Assembly: GCF_036321535.1 (NCBI RefSeq)
Contig: NC_087437.1
Span: 53,260,001 to 53,324,000, forward strand
Direction of reading: 5' to 3'
DNA: 64,000 bases
Source: Camelus dromedarius
Taxonomy: Eukaryota
Position numbers and translations under genes: made by a program. Positions 26,612-39,596 of this stretch are shown piece by piece. The stretch's first letter is position 1. The number at the start of each line of letters is the position of its first letter. A model generated the notes under the pieces. That model saw only the letters and a list, made by a program, of their open reading frames with translations. It was not told the origin of the DNA and did not search any database.

Positions 26612-28551
26612 TGCTATGGACTGAATGTTTCTGTCCCCTAACCCCCTGCAAATTCATATATTGAAGACTAACCCCCAATGTGATGGCATTTGGAGGTGTG
26701 GCTTTTGGGACATAATTAGGTTGTTAGGATTCAATATCCAAAAAACAAACAACCGAATCAAAAAATGGGCAGAAGACCTAAATAGACATTTCTCCAAAGA
26801 AGACATCCAGATGGCCAATAGGCACATGAAAAGATGCTCAACATCATTAATTATCAGAGAAATGCAAATCAAAACCACAATGAGGTATCACTTCACACCA
26901 GTCAGAATGGCCATCATCTCATCAAAAAAGTCTACAAATAATAAATGCTTGAGAGGGTGTGCAGAGAAGGGTACCTTCCTACACTATTGGTGGGAATGTA
27001 AGTTAATGCAGCCACTGTGGAAAAGAATATGGAGGTTCTTTCAAAAACTAAAAATAGAGTTACCATATGATCCAGCAATTCCCCTCCTGGGTTTATGTCT
27101 TAGAAAGATGAAAGCTCTAATTTGACATGATACATGCACCCCAATGTTCATAGCAGCACTATTTACAATAGCCAAGACATGGAAATAACCCAAGTGCCCA
27201 TGAACAGATGACTGGATAAAGAAGATGTGGTATATTTATACAATGGAATACTATTCAGCCATAAAAACTGACAACATGATGCCATTTGCGGCAACATGGA
27301 TGCTCCTGGAGAATGTCATTCTAAGTGAAGTAAGCCAGAAAGAGGAAGAAAAATACCATATTAGATCACTCATATGTGGAATCTAAAAAAAAACCAAACA
27401 AACAAAACATAAATACAAAACAGAAACAGACTCACAGACATAGAATACAAATTTGTGGGAAGGGATAGACTGGGATTTCAAAATGTATAATACATAAACA
27501 AGATTATACTGTATAGCACAGGAAAATATATACAAGATCTTATGGTAGCTCACAGAGGAAAAAATGTGACAATGAATATATATATATGTTCATGCACAAC
27601 TGAAAAATTGTTCTCTACACGAGAATTTGACACAACATTGTAAAATGATTATAAATCAATAAAAAATGTTTAAAAAACTAAACAAAAATACCTAAAAAAA
27701 AAAAGATGTGGTGTATATATACAATGGAATATTACTCAGCCATAAAAAAAGAATGAAATATTACCATTACAGCAATATGGATGGATCCAGAGAATATTAT
27801 ACTTAGTGAAGTCAGTCAGGCAGAGAATGACAAATATTATATGATATCACTTGTATGTGGAATCTAAAAAATAGCAAATGAATCTATGCACAAAACAGAA
27901 AACAGACTCACAGACATAAATAACAAACTTATGGTTACCAAAGGGGAAAGTAGGGCGAAGGGGAGAGATAAATTAGAAGTACAAGATTAATAGCTACAAA
28001 CTGCCATACATAAAATAGGTAAGCAACAAGGATTTATTGTATAGCACAGGGAACTATATTCAATATTTCATAATAACCTATGATGAAAAATAATCTGAAA
28101 AATATGTAACTGAAAAAAAGAAAAAGAAAAGAAAAAGCTTCTCATCAGTGTGTCTCCAAAGACACCAGGCTCTTTTTCCAAGGATTATGCAAACTCTTGT
28201 TAAAACTTAGAAACTTTTAATTACCTGTGGCATGTACAAATTACTCAGATTTCAATTGGGTCAAGGCTTCACATATTAAAATTATCTGTCAGGATAAACC
28301 ATTAAAAAAAAAAATTAGGTTGTGAGGGTGGAGCCCTCAGAAACAGGATTAGAGACTTCCTCTCTGCTCTCTGCCTGAGAGATACAAGATGGCCATTTGC
28401 ATCCCAGGAAGTGAGCTCTCACCAGAAACTGAACCTGCTCATGCCTTGACCTTGGATTTCCCAGCCTCCAGAACTGTGAGAAGTAAATGTTTGCTTTTTA
28501 GGCCACTTAGCCTACAGTAATTTGTTACAGCAGCCTGAACTGACTGAGATA
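26612..28551 (+). mobile_element. MLT1A-like MaLR LTR split by an L1 insertion (LTR parts 26612-26724 and 28313-28551)
   Basis: tgctatggactgaatgtttctgtcccc start; resumes gagggtggagccctc...ccagcctccagaactgtgaga...ttgttacagcagcc. Confidence 0.85.
26725..28312 (+). mobile_element. Composite 5'-truncated L1 insertion: ORF2 C-terminal relic, nested younger L1 3' end, 3'-transduced tail
   Basis: ORF2 peptide [30 protein letters not shown] and Cys-rich [18 protein letters not shown]; premature stop at 27123-27125; TSD AATTAGGTTGT. Confidence 0.9.
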
Positions 28552-28614
28552 CTAATTTACAGAGGGGAAAACTAAAGCTCAGAATGAATGCATAGAGGCA
28601 GCCCATTAATGGTA

Positions 28615-28790
28615 TAAGACAGAGCGCACTGGTCTGGAGGCAAAAGACCTGGATTCCACTCCTGGCTGTGCCCTGATGAGCTTTGTGACCTTGGGCAAGG
28701 CATGCATCCTTTCTGGCCCATAGTTTCCTCTTCTGCAAGGTAGGGCAATGGACTAGATGCTTTAACATCCCTAACAGCTCAAATAGTCTT
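28615..28790 (+). mobile_element. MIR SINE
   Basis: tgtgaccttgggcaag...tagtttcctcttctgcaag. Confidence 0.65.
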
Positions 28791-31700
28791 TAATCCTAGG
28801 ACACTTCTTGGTGTTCCTTGTAATGAGATTAGAACCCGGTTGCAAAGGGGGAAGCCAACAGAAACTTACATGCACAACCGGCTCTGGTGGGATGTTGGCT
28901 TCTGTTCCTATGCTGCATTCACACTTCTAAGTTTCTACAGTGACAATCTCTTAATCATAATCACAGCGCTTCTGGAGTGCCATTGATACTCCCATCAGAC
29001 GTGGAAATGCCAAATTGCTAATAGCACCCCGGGGGCTTTGCATCTCAGGCTATCATTGCTTTAGATGATTTTTTAAAAAATCAAATTTAGTTGATTAAAA
29101 TATCAATCTTTTTTGTTAGAAACAGGGAACTCTATGCTAGTGTTTATACAAGGGCAAAAAAAAATCTCTGTCCACCAGAAACAAGCCAGCCTCCAACTCC
29201 ACTGAGCTGATGAAAACCTCCGAAGCCTGTGGGGGCTTCCCTTTGCTAGAGGGGGTTGCCCGCAGCAGTGGAAGGTTAGTGCTGAGTTAAAGCAGCAGCT
29301 GGAACCAATGTGGAGGCCCCTGGCCCCTACCTGGGGCTCCAAACTGGAAGCCATGGAGTCTTGCCTGGTAAGGTGGTAGGTGAAGCAGAGAGAATGGATG
29401 CCCTGGGTTTGAATCTGGACTCTGTGACTTGTGGCTCTGTGATCCTAGGCCAATTACTGCATCCCCCTGAGATCTAGTTTCCTTACCTAGAACTTCTCAT
29501 TTAGCATTTCTGGCTGAGGATTCCTGCAACGATGGAATGGGCTTAAGATGCAGAGAAAATGATGATAGCCAGGGAGGTAGTTTTACAATTCCCATTTAAC
29601 AGATGAGGAAATTGAGGCACAGAAAGAATAAATAACTTACCGGGATTTGCACCTGTGACATCTAGTCCCAGAGCCTGTATGGTTAACCATGGTATCTGGC
29701 TGTGTGTCTAAAGTCAAAAACTTCTCATTCGTAACTATGCAGCTCCACTGACGTGTCACCTCCTGGGGATGATGTGTGTGTCCTAAGATTTTTCACAGAG
29801 TATCTTTCCTCGCTTTGGTAAAGTTGTCCCAATCCAAGATCTGGCCTTGAGCCTTGTAAGCCCAGGCACTGGCTTGTATCAGCACAATGAAGATGGGCTC
29901 ATCCAGGTCAGTAACTTACAATGAGGAATAACTCAGAGGACACAGACCACTCGAGCCCTCATGACCAACAGCAGTCGCATTACTTGGAAGCCAGGTCAGG
30001 ATCAGTCATGTCTCAAAAACACAGACTCAGAATGAGGGGAGTTACAGGACCTAGGTGTCTGACAGGTGTAGGCTGGTGACTCCAGCCACCGCAGGTGTGC
30101 CTCCTGCTTGCTTGTGCCTTTGGGACCGTGACATCTGAAAGTATCACCCAGTACCGCCCAGGCTTCTCTTCCCAGGGCAGCGTTTGGATATCCTCGCCTC
30201 CTCACCTCCTCACTCAACATCTATCCCTGGGACTTGACTTTTCTTGGATTCCATGGCTGACCTCGTTCCTGCACATAAAGACCTTTTTCATGTCAACTGG
30301 GGGACAATGAAACTTGGAGGATGAGGAGACTTTCTGTCTCCTGAAGATGACTTTGAGGATCTCAGCTGTGATCCTTGATGAATTATACTTAAGTTTAGGT
30401 CTTCAAGAGAAACCTTTCTCATGATTCTGAGCCCAGCAGTACAGGCGACAGTCCCCGAAGCACCGGACACACAGCAGGTGCAGAGTAAGTGTCCACGTGG
30501 CAACAAACATCCACCCTGGCGGGATGCGGACAAGACACAGCCTTTGACCTAAGGAGTTCACCGTCTAAAGAGGAAGAGGACCGTGGAGAGACGACGACAA
30601 CTCAGGAGGCGGAGGGCCCAGGTAGCGGTGAGGCGGGCAGAGTTAAAGGAGCTCAGAAGAGAGCACGTAGCCATATCCGAGGAGGAGTCGATGTCGTCAG
30701 AGAAGACCCCTCCCTTCCTCCTGCTCCCCACCTGGGAGACATCTGAGCTGATATCAAGGATGAGAAGCCTCTCTGGCAAACTGTTAGGGAGGGGTATTCC
30801 TGGTAGGAAACGCGTTTGAAGAACTGTCAAAGATTCACTGTGAGTGCAGGGGACTGGGGGTGGGGGCAGGAAGCTGGGGGAGTGGAAAGAGATGAGGTCT
30901 GTGAGCACCTCTGCTGACCTGGGGCCTCCCCAAGCCCCCTTCTCCAACCGCACTCGGACACCCCACTCCTGGCTGGATGGCTCAGGGCGCACCCTGCACG
31001 ACTGCACACCCAGGCCCTTGGCACAGAGGGCTGTGTCACGAGGGACATGAGTCACGAGGGACATGTGTCATGGTCTGCAAAATCTGGATTTTGTTCAGAA
31101 CACTCCGAACCTGAGAGATTAACGAGAAGGGTTTAAATCAAGGAAGTGACACAATCTCAACTGTGTTTTAGAAAGAACACTCAGGCAGGGGGCTGGGGAG
31201 GAGTGAGAGATGGTTGGAAGCCTGGTGGGAGGATACCTCCTGGGGAGAGGATTCCTCGAGGACAGAAGCAGAGGCATGAGGCAAATGGGGCTGGGGATGC
31301 AGCAGAAAGGGAGGCACTGAGGATTCCAGGGAAGGTAGACTGGTCAGGATTCTGTGACCAATTGGATATGGGAGAAGATGAGGGCATGGTGATGGCTGCG
31401 TCCTGACACTCAGGAGAGAGGGTGGCTCTGGAGACATAGATGTGCGAGTCATTTATGTGGAGAGAGAGGAGAAGGTTGAATCCATCGGAGAGTCAAGTGG
31501 GAAGAGGACACAGAACAAAATGTCCAGGAGCCCAGATGTTGTAGAGACAGGAAGAAATGTGCCAGGGGTGGAGGGGAGCTGAGCAAACGCTGGCCCTGTG
31601 GGCTTTCTTCTTCCCACCATGTAGGAGGTGGGGTATCTGGAGAGACTGGGGCATGTGGTGGGGGCTGGAGGGTAGTGAGGAGGAAAGAGCTGCTGTGGGC

Positions 31701-31882
31701 TGTGGGTGAGGGAGCGGACTGGGGACACCGAGGAGGACTGCCGAGCATGGGTTGTTTTCTCCTGGCCTGACAGTTGCTGTCAGTCACAGACCAGATGGAA
31801 CAATGAGGTAAGATTCTCCCAGCTCAGAAGCTACACTGCGGGCAGAGCAGGAACTTTCAGATACAGAATTTGTCCCTGAGAA

Positions 31883-31896
31883 CCGCTAGAGGGCGC
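31883..31896 (+). promoter_or_regulatory. CTCF-like site CCGCTAGAGGGCGC
   Basis: Near-perfect CTCF core in a local CpG-retaining patch. Confidence 0.7.
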
Positions 31897-32469
31897 CGGT
31901 GCCGACGCGGCCACTGGCTTAGGGAGTGTGTGGAGAGGCTCCCAGGAGCCCTCCCCAGATACAACCAGGAGCGGGCCCTTGTTAACATTTGCAGGCCTGG
32001 AGCAAGAGTGCAAACTCAGGCCCACTCACCAGATGTCTAAACATTTCGAAACTCTAAACGAAGCTATTCCCACCAGTCCTGGGCCTGGCAACCTACTCCC
32101 ATGCACCACTCTCACATCCCGGAGGCTAATGCTGGTGAGCCCTCCCCTGGGTCAGCCTGGCCACCTGTGAGCCTGTGAGCCCGGATGGGGCAGAAGCTGG
32201 ACCTGGGCCCAGCACTACCAGCTGGTGACTAGACCCTCTGAACGGATAATGATGGATACAGTCAAGGTCCCCAGGGAGCTGAGGCCGGCAGGTTCCCCTC
32301 CCTGCGTGTCATTTTGCCAACTCAGGATTTCCAGGCAGTTCTAAGCACCTCCCCAAACTATATCACCCGAGTAGAGAGAAGGGAAAGAGTATGGTTATCT
32401 TGTGGAAACTTCTCTGGCTGGATACCCACTCTGTGTGGTTTGAAGCAACTGTCAACAAAGCATGACTTC

Positions 32470-32870
32470 TGGAAACAGCCCAATTTCCTTCCACTGGTGA
32501 ATGGTAAAACAAAATGTGATACATCCATACAATGGAACACCACTCAGGGATGAAAAATAGGTAAATGACTAATACACAACAACTTGGCTCTCGATAGACT
32601 TAGGTTGGGTGGAAGAAGCCAGGCACAGAAGGGTGCATACGGCATAGTTCCACCTCTGTGACGTTCTTGGCAAGGTGAGCTATGGGGAGAGAAGGCTGCT
32701 CAGGGGTTGCCAGAGCAGGGAGGGTGGAGGGGATTAGCTACAAAGGGACACAGGAATTTGATTGGGTGATGAAAATGTTCTATGTCTTGATTGTGTTGTT
32801 TTTCACACAACTGTATACATGTGTCAAGACTCATCAAACCAAATACTTTAAAAAGGGTGAATTTAATGAG
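32470..32870 (+). mobile_element. Old L1M 3' end
   Basis: ggaaacagcccaa...atccatacaatggaa...gaaaatgttctatgtcttgattg. Confidence 0.7.
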
Positions 32871-33037
32871 GCTAACCCCCCAAATGAGTAAATAAGTAAA
32901 TCAATCAATCACATCCTCTTTCCTGGGTTTCTCAAGACAGAGGTGGTGATTTCCTCCTTCTTCTCTGGGCTACAGGGTCCATTTCAGACCAAGGGAACCT
33001 CCCCTGTAATTGCGTTTCACTCAGTTGGTTAACAAAC

Positions 33038-33100
33038 CAGAGACAGACAGACAGAGACAGAGACAGAGACAGAGACAGAGACAGAGACAGAGAAAGACAG
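33038..33100. repeat. (GAGACA)n / (GACA)n microsatellite
   Basis: Read directly from the sequence. Confidence 0.9.
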
Positions 33101-35219
33101 GGATTTAGACAGAAAAGACAGAAAACATTTTGTGTCTTGGAGATTGTGTGTGATGGATTGTCTCCTCGTCAGTGCAGACCCCAAAGCAGGGAAGGGGTCC
33201 TCTTTTCAGGGGACAGGATAAGACTGTCAGACTGCAAGCATCTCCTCTGACGGGTCTGGGAACCTCAGCTCCTGCCACCCAGATCCTCTCACTTAACATA
33301 CAACTCTTCTATGGTAAACCTTCTATGAGCACTGAATTTTTGTTGAAACTTTAAATGTGAATTTTTAAAAGACTCCCATTGGTAGCCATTTTAAGTTAAT
33401 ATTCTCTCCTAATTGCCTTATTTTGCACACTGGAAACTTTTCATAAATTGGATTTGCTTAGAAGGGAATATTTCGGAAGGATAAGCCATCGAGCCTCCAT
33501 TTTGTTTGCTAGACCTGCCGAACGCATCTTTCCAGTATGACAGGGCCCAGCTGGAAACCAGAAGAATGGAGGGCAGACAGGCAGGAGATAAAACAAAACA
33601 ATGGATAAACAAAAAGCATCTCTCTTTGTCTTTCTGATATGGACTTACAGGTACTCACATGTGCCTCCCCAGCCCAGCACTCCTGTGCTCCCTTATATTT
33701 CGCTAACGTTATGTGACATTGTATGAGCCACCTACTCTGAAACTATACATTATACTTCTGAGAAAAATAAGAGAAATGGCATTCTTAAAATGTCATATTA
33801 TGAGAGAGACTTTTGGCATGAATTTCTGTTACTCCAAAGGGCTGCTATTGATGTGGGGGCCTCAGAAGTCTATAATAATGCCTACAATCACAGAGCCCTT
33901 CCATGACAGTTTATTTACCTGTAAAATGGGAATAACAATGACTCTCTTTTTTTCCTCACATAACCAGGGTGAGGGGCAAATGAGGAACTGCATGTGAAAG
34001 GTCTATAAACTCTGGAATATGCACTTGCAGACATGAGCTGCTGCCATGTGGCTGTGAGACACAGCCATCGAATGTGACCCCCTCACCACCTCAAGGACCC
34101 CTGGCTTTAGAGGAGGTCCCAAAATCTCGTTAGTGGTTGAGATATTTTTATTTCTAGTTTACAACCAACCTGCAGGAAGCCCCCTCCCCCTGATCACCAG
34201 AACACAGTCTGAAGATTTCTCTTGCTGTCCTGAGTACCGGGTCCTGGAACACCAGGCCAGTCAGGGTCATCTGGTTTCCCGGGGGCTTGGGCAAAGCATC
34301 CAGTGTGTGCGGAGAACCGTGGAGGTCAGCAGTCCGGCCAGGCCCACCATTGTCCGGCCCCACGGTTCAGTGGGCAGGCTAATGTGGCCTGTTCAGGGAG
34401 GTGGGGCGTGAACAATGCGGACAAATCTCTGCCCACTGCGCTCCCAAGGGACAAAGCGCTGGCAGGATTTCCCTCAGAGCTAATCAGTTCCAGAACCGCT
34501 CAACCAGGGTACTGAGCCCCGGTGGTTGCTGACTCACAAAGGGCCACACGGATGCTGGGGAAACAAGAAACCATTTCACCAAAGTGAAAGGAAATGAGAT
34601 CATTTAGCCGAGATAAGAGAAGCCCAAGGGGCAGGAGGAGGCTTGGCAGAAGTGAAATGAGAGAGATTAACTTCCCTTTCTGTGCGCTAGCTGCTCCCCT
34701 CGGCAGCACAGAGCTCTCTGCTCCCCTGTACCCCCACCCCCCACTGCCTCGTCTCCACTGCCCACTGCCCCTTCCACCTGCTCGCCAGGCAGGTGCTCAT
34801 AAAGTTACTCACAGACACCTATAACTGATCATTAAAGAGGGGAGGGGCTGAAGAGACCACCAGCCCGTGGGTTCCCAAGCTTTCCAGCACCAACAGCCCC
34901 TCTTGTGCCTCCTCCAGCAGGGATTCTGTATGTGGGAGATTCTAGAATGGCTGTCTCTATTAAGTACCTGCTCCTTTGGCTCATTCTCTAGACTAGGAAT
35001 TTCCTCTTACTAGCTCATCTAATGCTAGCAAAACCACCAGAAAGTAGGTGTAATTATCTCTATTTCACATACAAGAAAGCTAAGACTAAGAGAGATGTGT
35101 TTGCCTGAAATCTGACAACTAGAAAGCGGGAGAGTTAGGACTGAACCTAGGGCTGTGGGGCTTCAGGTCCCCACAGGCTCCCAGCATTTAAGAAGAAATA
35201 GCTCACGCTCCCAGCAAGT

Positions 35220-35745
35220 GCATGCCTAGGTATATACACTCGAGGGAAATGAAACTACATGCCCGCATAAAAACATGCACACAAGCGTTTATAGCAGTAC
35301 TATTTGAATGTTCATTAACGAGTGAATGGACAAACAAAATCCGGCATATCCCTACAATGGAATATTATTTGGCCATAAAAAGGAAGGAAACATGGGTACG
35401 TGATCCAACAGGATGACTCTTGAAAACATAGTTAAGTGAAAGAAGCCAGTCACAAAAGACCACATATTATCTGATTTCATGTACCTAAAATATCCAGAAT
35501 AGGCAAATATATAGATACAGAAAGTAGATGACTGATTGCTCAGGGCGGGGGGCAATAGTGGTAATCCCCAAAGGGGACGGGGTTTCTCTTTAAGGTGACA
35601 AAAATGCTCTAAAATTGACTGTGGAGATGATTTCCCATATCTGTGAATACACTAAAAACCAGTGCGTTGTACATTTGGGACAGGTGAATTGTATGGTATG
35701 TGGATTAAATCTCAATAAAGCTCCTTGAAAAGAAAAGAAAAGAAA
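35220..35745 (+). mobile_element. L1MB-like 3' end with A-rich tail
   Basis: acaatggaatattatt...gtgaaagaagccagtcacaaaagaccacatatt...ctcaataaagct followed by (gaaaa)n. Confidence 0.8.
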
Positions 35746-35864
35746 TAGGATGGGTTGGATGATTCTGATGTATTTCTTCCCAACTATGAAGCATCTGCTA
35801 AAAATGCAGAGATGCTGTGACTGACAGAGTACCCTGGTTCTGTGTTGTGAAGGTTGAGAAGCAG

Positions 35865-36005
35865 AAACTGCACAGTACAGTGGAAAGAACCAGAACTTTG
35901 GAACCAGAGACCATGGACACATTGTTTAACCTCTCTGAGCCTGAATTCCTTGTCTGTAAACTGGGGTTAGTAAGCCCCAACTCACCATGTTGTTACAGTG
36001 AATGA
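35865..36005 (+). mobile_element. MIR SINE
   Basis: tttaacctctctgagcctgaattccttgtctgtaaactgggg. Confidence 0.65.
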
Positions 36006-36580
36006 GAAGGCCCCCAGCCCCTCCAGGTATAAAACTCCCTGATTTTGAAGTTTGAGGCTTGAGCGAAGAGGTAGAGGAGGGAGGTGTCTGGGAGTCACAC
36101 CCACAAGGTATCTTTCTCTCCTGGATGTACCAAAGGCTAGTCAGCCAAAGAGCTGGAAGGAAAGCATGGCGATTCATTGCCCTCTGTTGCCTGAGAGACC
36201 CCAAGTAAGAGAAACTGAGACGTGAGAAAACATGGGGGATGTGTGTGAGCTCTAGGGAGGACCCTGCTGGCCATGGGAACTCGTGGCAGCTGGAACCAGA
36301 AGGGAGGCAGATGGGAAAACCAAGAGAAAGCCAGACTCCTGTGAAAGGTGGCTCTTTTTCAAGGCAAAAGGATGGGTTGGATGATTCTGCTGTATTTCTT
36401 CCTGACTATGAAGCATCTGCTAAAAATGCAGAGATGCTTTTTGAAAACAACTGGGGCGCAGAAAGAGGTATGAAAAAGCTAAACAAGTGAAAAAAAAAAA
36501 CAAAACAGAACAACTTGGTAACAGAGGTCCTTAAGGCTGAGGAGATGGTGGTACGAGCATGTCGGCCATGGTGGGAAGTC

Positions 36581-37190
36581 CAGTTGATCTTCGTTATTAC
36601 AGATTTTTGTATTCATGAATTCACCCACTCACTAAAATTTGTTTGTAATCTCCAAATCACTGCTCATGGTGCTTTTTAGGTCATTTACCAACATGAACAC
36701 AGCAGTGAAAATTTGGCACCCAATGTGCCCATTCCCAGTAGAGGTCCAACCCTCTGGCCTTCTTGCTTCAGCTCTCAACTAGAAACGAGTCCTTTCTGCA
36801 GTGCTTAGTGCTATGTTTTTTGCATCATGTCCTTTTGGTTTATGATTTAGCTGTATATAATCACCTGCAAAGGCAGTGCCAAAATGCTCTCCAGTGTTCC
36901 TAAGCACAAGAAGGCTGTGATGTGCCTTATAGAGAAAATACGTGTTAGATAATCTTCCTGCAGGCATGAGTTAGCTGTGAGTTCAGTGTTAATGGATCAA
37001 CAATGTACATTAAATAAGGTGTCTTTAAACAGAAATGCACAAAAAAGGTTATGTATTGGTTAGTTGACAAGAATGTTGTGACCAGAGACTCACAGAAACC
37101 TAGTCCTGTAGTTCTTTTAGGAAAAACTAGTTTAGTGTTTGCTCTTCGGTGTTCACAGGCATTATAGAATATAACTACTACAAACAATGC
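36581..37190. mobile_element. MER82-like (TcMar-Tigger) DNA transposon
   Basis: cagttgatcttcgttatt...ctaaaatttgtttgtaa...cctaagcacaagaaggctgtgatgtgcctta...aatgttgtgaccagag. Confidence 0.75.
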
Positions 37191-38027
37191 ATGAAATGCA
37201 TTTTTCATATATAATCTCACACAAAGTAAGTATTCTGTTTGTTTTACAAATAAGGAAATCGAGGTTATACATGTTAGATTATCAGATTTAGAGTTAACAT
37301 GGGCAAATGACAAGATTTGAATCCACTTCTAACTCCTCAGAGGGGACAGGAACTCTCTAGTCCTTGAACTGAAATGCCAGCTCTTGGGGAAGTGTGACCG
37401 GGCCCATATCAGGACTGGTAGGAAGTCAGAAGATCTGAGCTTAGTCAAGAACAGCATATATCTGAGAATGGAGGGTGAAAGAACTCAACATCCCCTCCGG
37501 ATGTAGTCTGCTCGCCTTAGACTGCAGCCAAGACGGGGGTGGGGAGTGTAGTGGGGGGGTGGGGGGGAATCTGTGATCCGCACAGAAGAGAGGCACCAGG
37601 GTGGGGAGTCTGGGAGCCAAGCAGGCCAGGAGAGAAACACTGGGAGGACTAGGAATTGTTCAGCTAGAGTGTGGAGGCAAACTGGGAGGGATCTTCGAAT
37701 ATCTAACGGGCGATCTTGGGGACGAAGAACTAGGTGGAAAGCGGAACTAGGATCGCAGGTCGACAGTTACAGGGACACAGGGAGCAAATCTGCCTCAATG
37801 TGAGGATCAGTTCCTGATATTCAGAGCTCTCCAACAAGCCAAGATTGGAAACTGGTGGTCCCCAGGCCAAATCCAGCTGCAGACACATTTTGTTGGCTCC
37901 CAGTGTTTTTAAAAAATTGTATGTAAAGCCCTTTTGTGGAACATTTGTCCTGTTTCCACAGCCTGCACTGCTGTCTGTGCTTTTAGCCCCCTGTCACTTA
38001 CGTGTAACTTGCCTTGCTGATCAGATA

Positions 38028-38167
38028 TAGGGGTGACTGATTTAGCAAATGAAATACAGGATGCACAGTTAAATTTGAATTTCAGACAAATACTTAGGAT
38101 ATACATATACTGTACTTACACCCCAATACTTGAGACATACTGTCCTGTATTTAAGCGGGCAACCATA
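38028..38167. mobile_element. MER53-like hAT MITE
   Basis: gatttagcaaatgaaatacaggatgcacagttaaatttgaatttcaga...cctgtattt...ggcaacc. Confidence 0.65.
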
Positions 38168-39596
38168 GCCTGGTGACTTTAAATAGGAGTCCCTGATACT
38201 GCATTTTGAGGAAGTGGGCTCCACAGTTGGGAGTCAGTGACTTGTCTCAGAGGAATGCTCAGGAGGGAAGCAGAGCTAAAATGGTCCAAGATTGGCTTTT
38301 GCCCAATTTTCTTGAAGTCCCCCATTTCGGAGCAACAAAACAATAAAAGGTAGAGGAAGATAATTCTAAATGACACCCCAGGTGCTATTCTTGGCAAGCT
38401 TGACAGGCAGGATGCTGGCTTCTTGCTCTCATGGCAGAACACTGTCCCAGACCTGGGACTGACTGATAGACACAAAAGTTCTTGACCTCTAATACCAGTT
38501 GCACATAAAATTCCCTTTAAGTGCAAGCTGATTGATGTATCTACAGCTGGGGAGAATGGTTGCAATCTCTTTCTGGATCAGGGCATGAACCAAAGGGCAT
38601 CTAATGTCTTAAAATGATAATTCAGGTTTATCTGTCAAAAGCCGTCTTTCTCTCTGAGGCTGTGGTTAGTCATCCTGACACCTGTTTTCCCCTCCTGCTG
38701 CCAGAACTGCTTTTCTGGTTGTGTTGAACAGACTGTGGCCGACTCATCACAGGCTGGAACACAGCAGCAGTGGGGTTGAGAGGAGAGACTGGCCCTAACA
38801 CACTGTTCCCACTGCCTCAGTTTCCTCGGCAGAAAAGGAGGGGCATTATCTCTGAGTCACTTCCAGGAATTGTGCCTCTAACAGTGAGTGTCAGTCATCC
38901 TTGGTCATCAGCTAGTCCCTCAGGGCGCTCCTTCTGGCCTTCAGAGAATGTTGGTTTTTGACAGGATTTGAACGAACATTTGGTTCAACTCGCTTGTTTT
39001 GGAGACGGAAAAGTTAGCGTCTCGGGAGGGTGACGGGGTCCAAGCTCTCTGCAGCTCAGCGAGCGGCCTCCCATTCCTCCTCCCCGGCTCATCGTCGGTC
39101 CCTCTTATTTTCACTCAATTTCCTCAGGGTCCCTCACTCAAAACAGACAAAATGACAAAAGGCAGGGGAATTTAACAAAACGAATAAAAATGCTTGGGGG
39201 AAAGCATGCACCACACACTAGAGCATGGCACTCCTAGAGGAGCTTTGCCATCTTTTAAATTAAAACAGCTGCATTCAGCATATCCCCGGGTTCACTCGGA
39301 CACTCACAGAATATTCCTAGTGATTCTGCGTTTCCTTCATCATTCTCCTCTTCATCAAGGTTCAATAGACAGAATCTCAGAGGTTACTCCAAGTAAGTAA
39401 AATTCAGTAAAACTCATGTCAACTTTTGTAAAGTAGGGAAAATTGTTTAATATATCCTTTCATTTTTACAGAGAAACTGAACTTTAATATTGAGAAGTAA
39501 AGGACATAGGAGTCTCTGGATCTTCAATAAGGGACTTCACGGGAATTATGGCTCTGTTATTTGTAGGTAATAGCCCTGTTTTCACTGACTATTCTT

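Noticed and set aside
26625..27125. 166-aa ORF as a host gene
   Set aside because: It is a chance fusion of MLT1A sequence to a decayed L1 ORF2 C-terminus with a premature stop.
10445..29645. Scattered strong minus-strand splice donors (~10450, ~24638, ~25880, ~29640) as exons of a lncRNA
   Set aside because: Such hexamers are expected by chance over 40 kb, and I could not pair them with convincing acceptors or a promoter; this needs RNA-seq.
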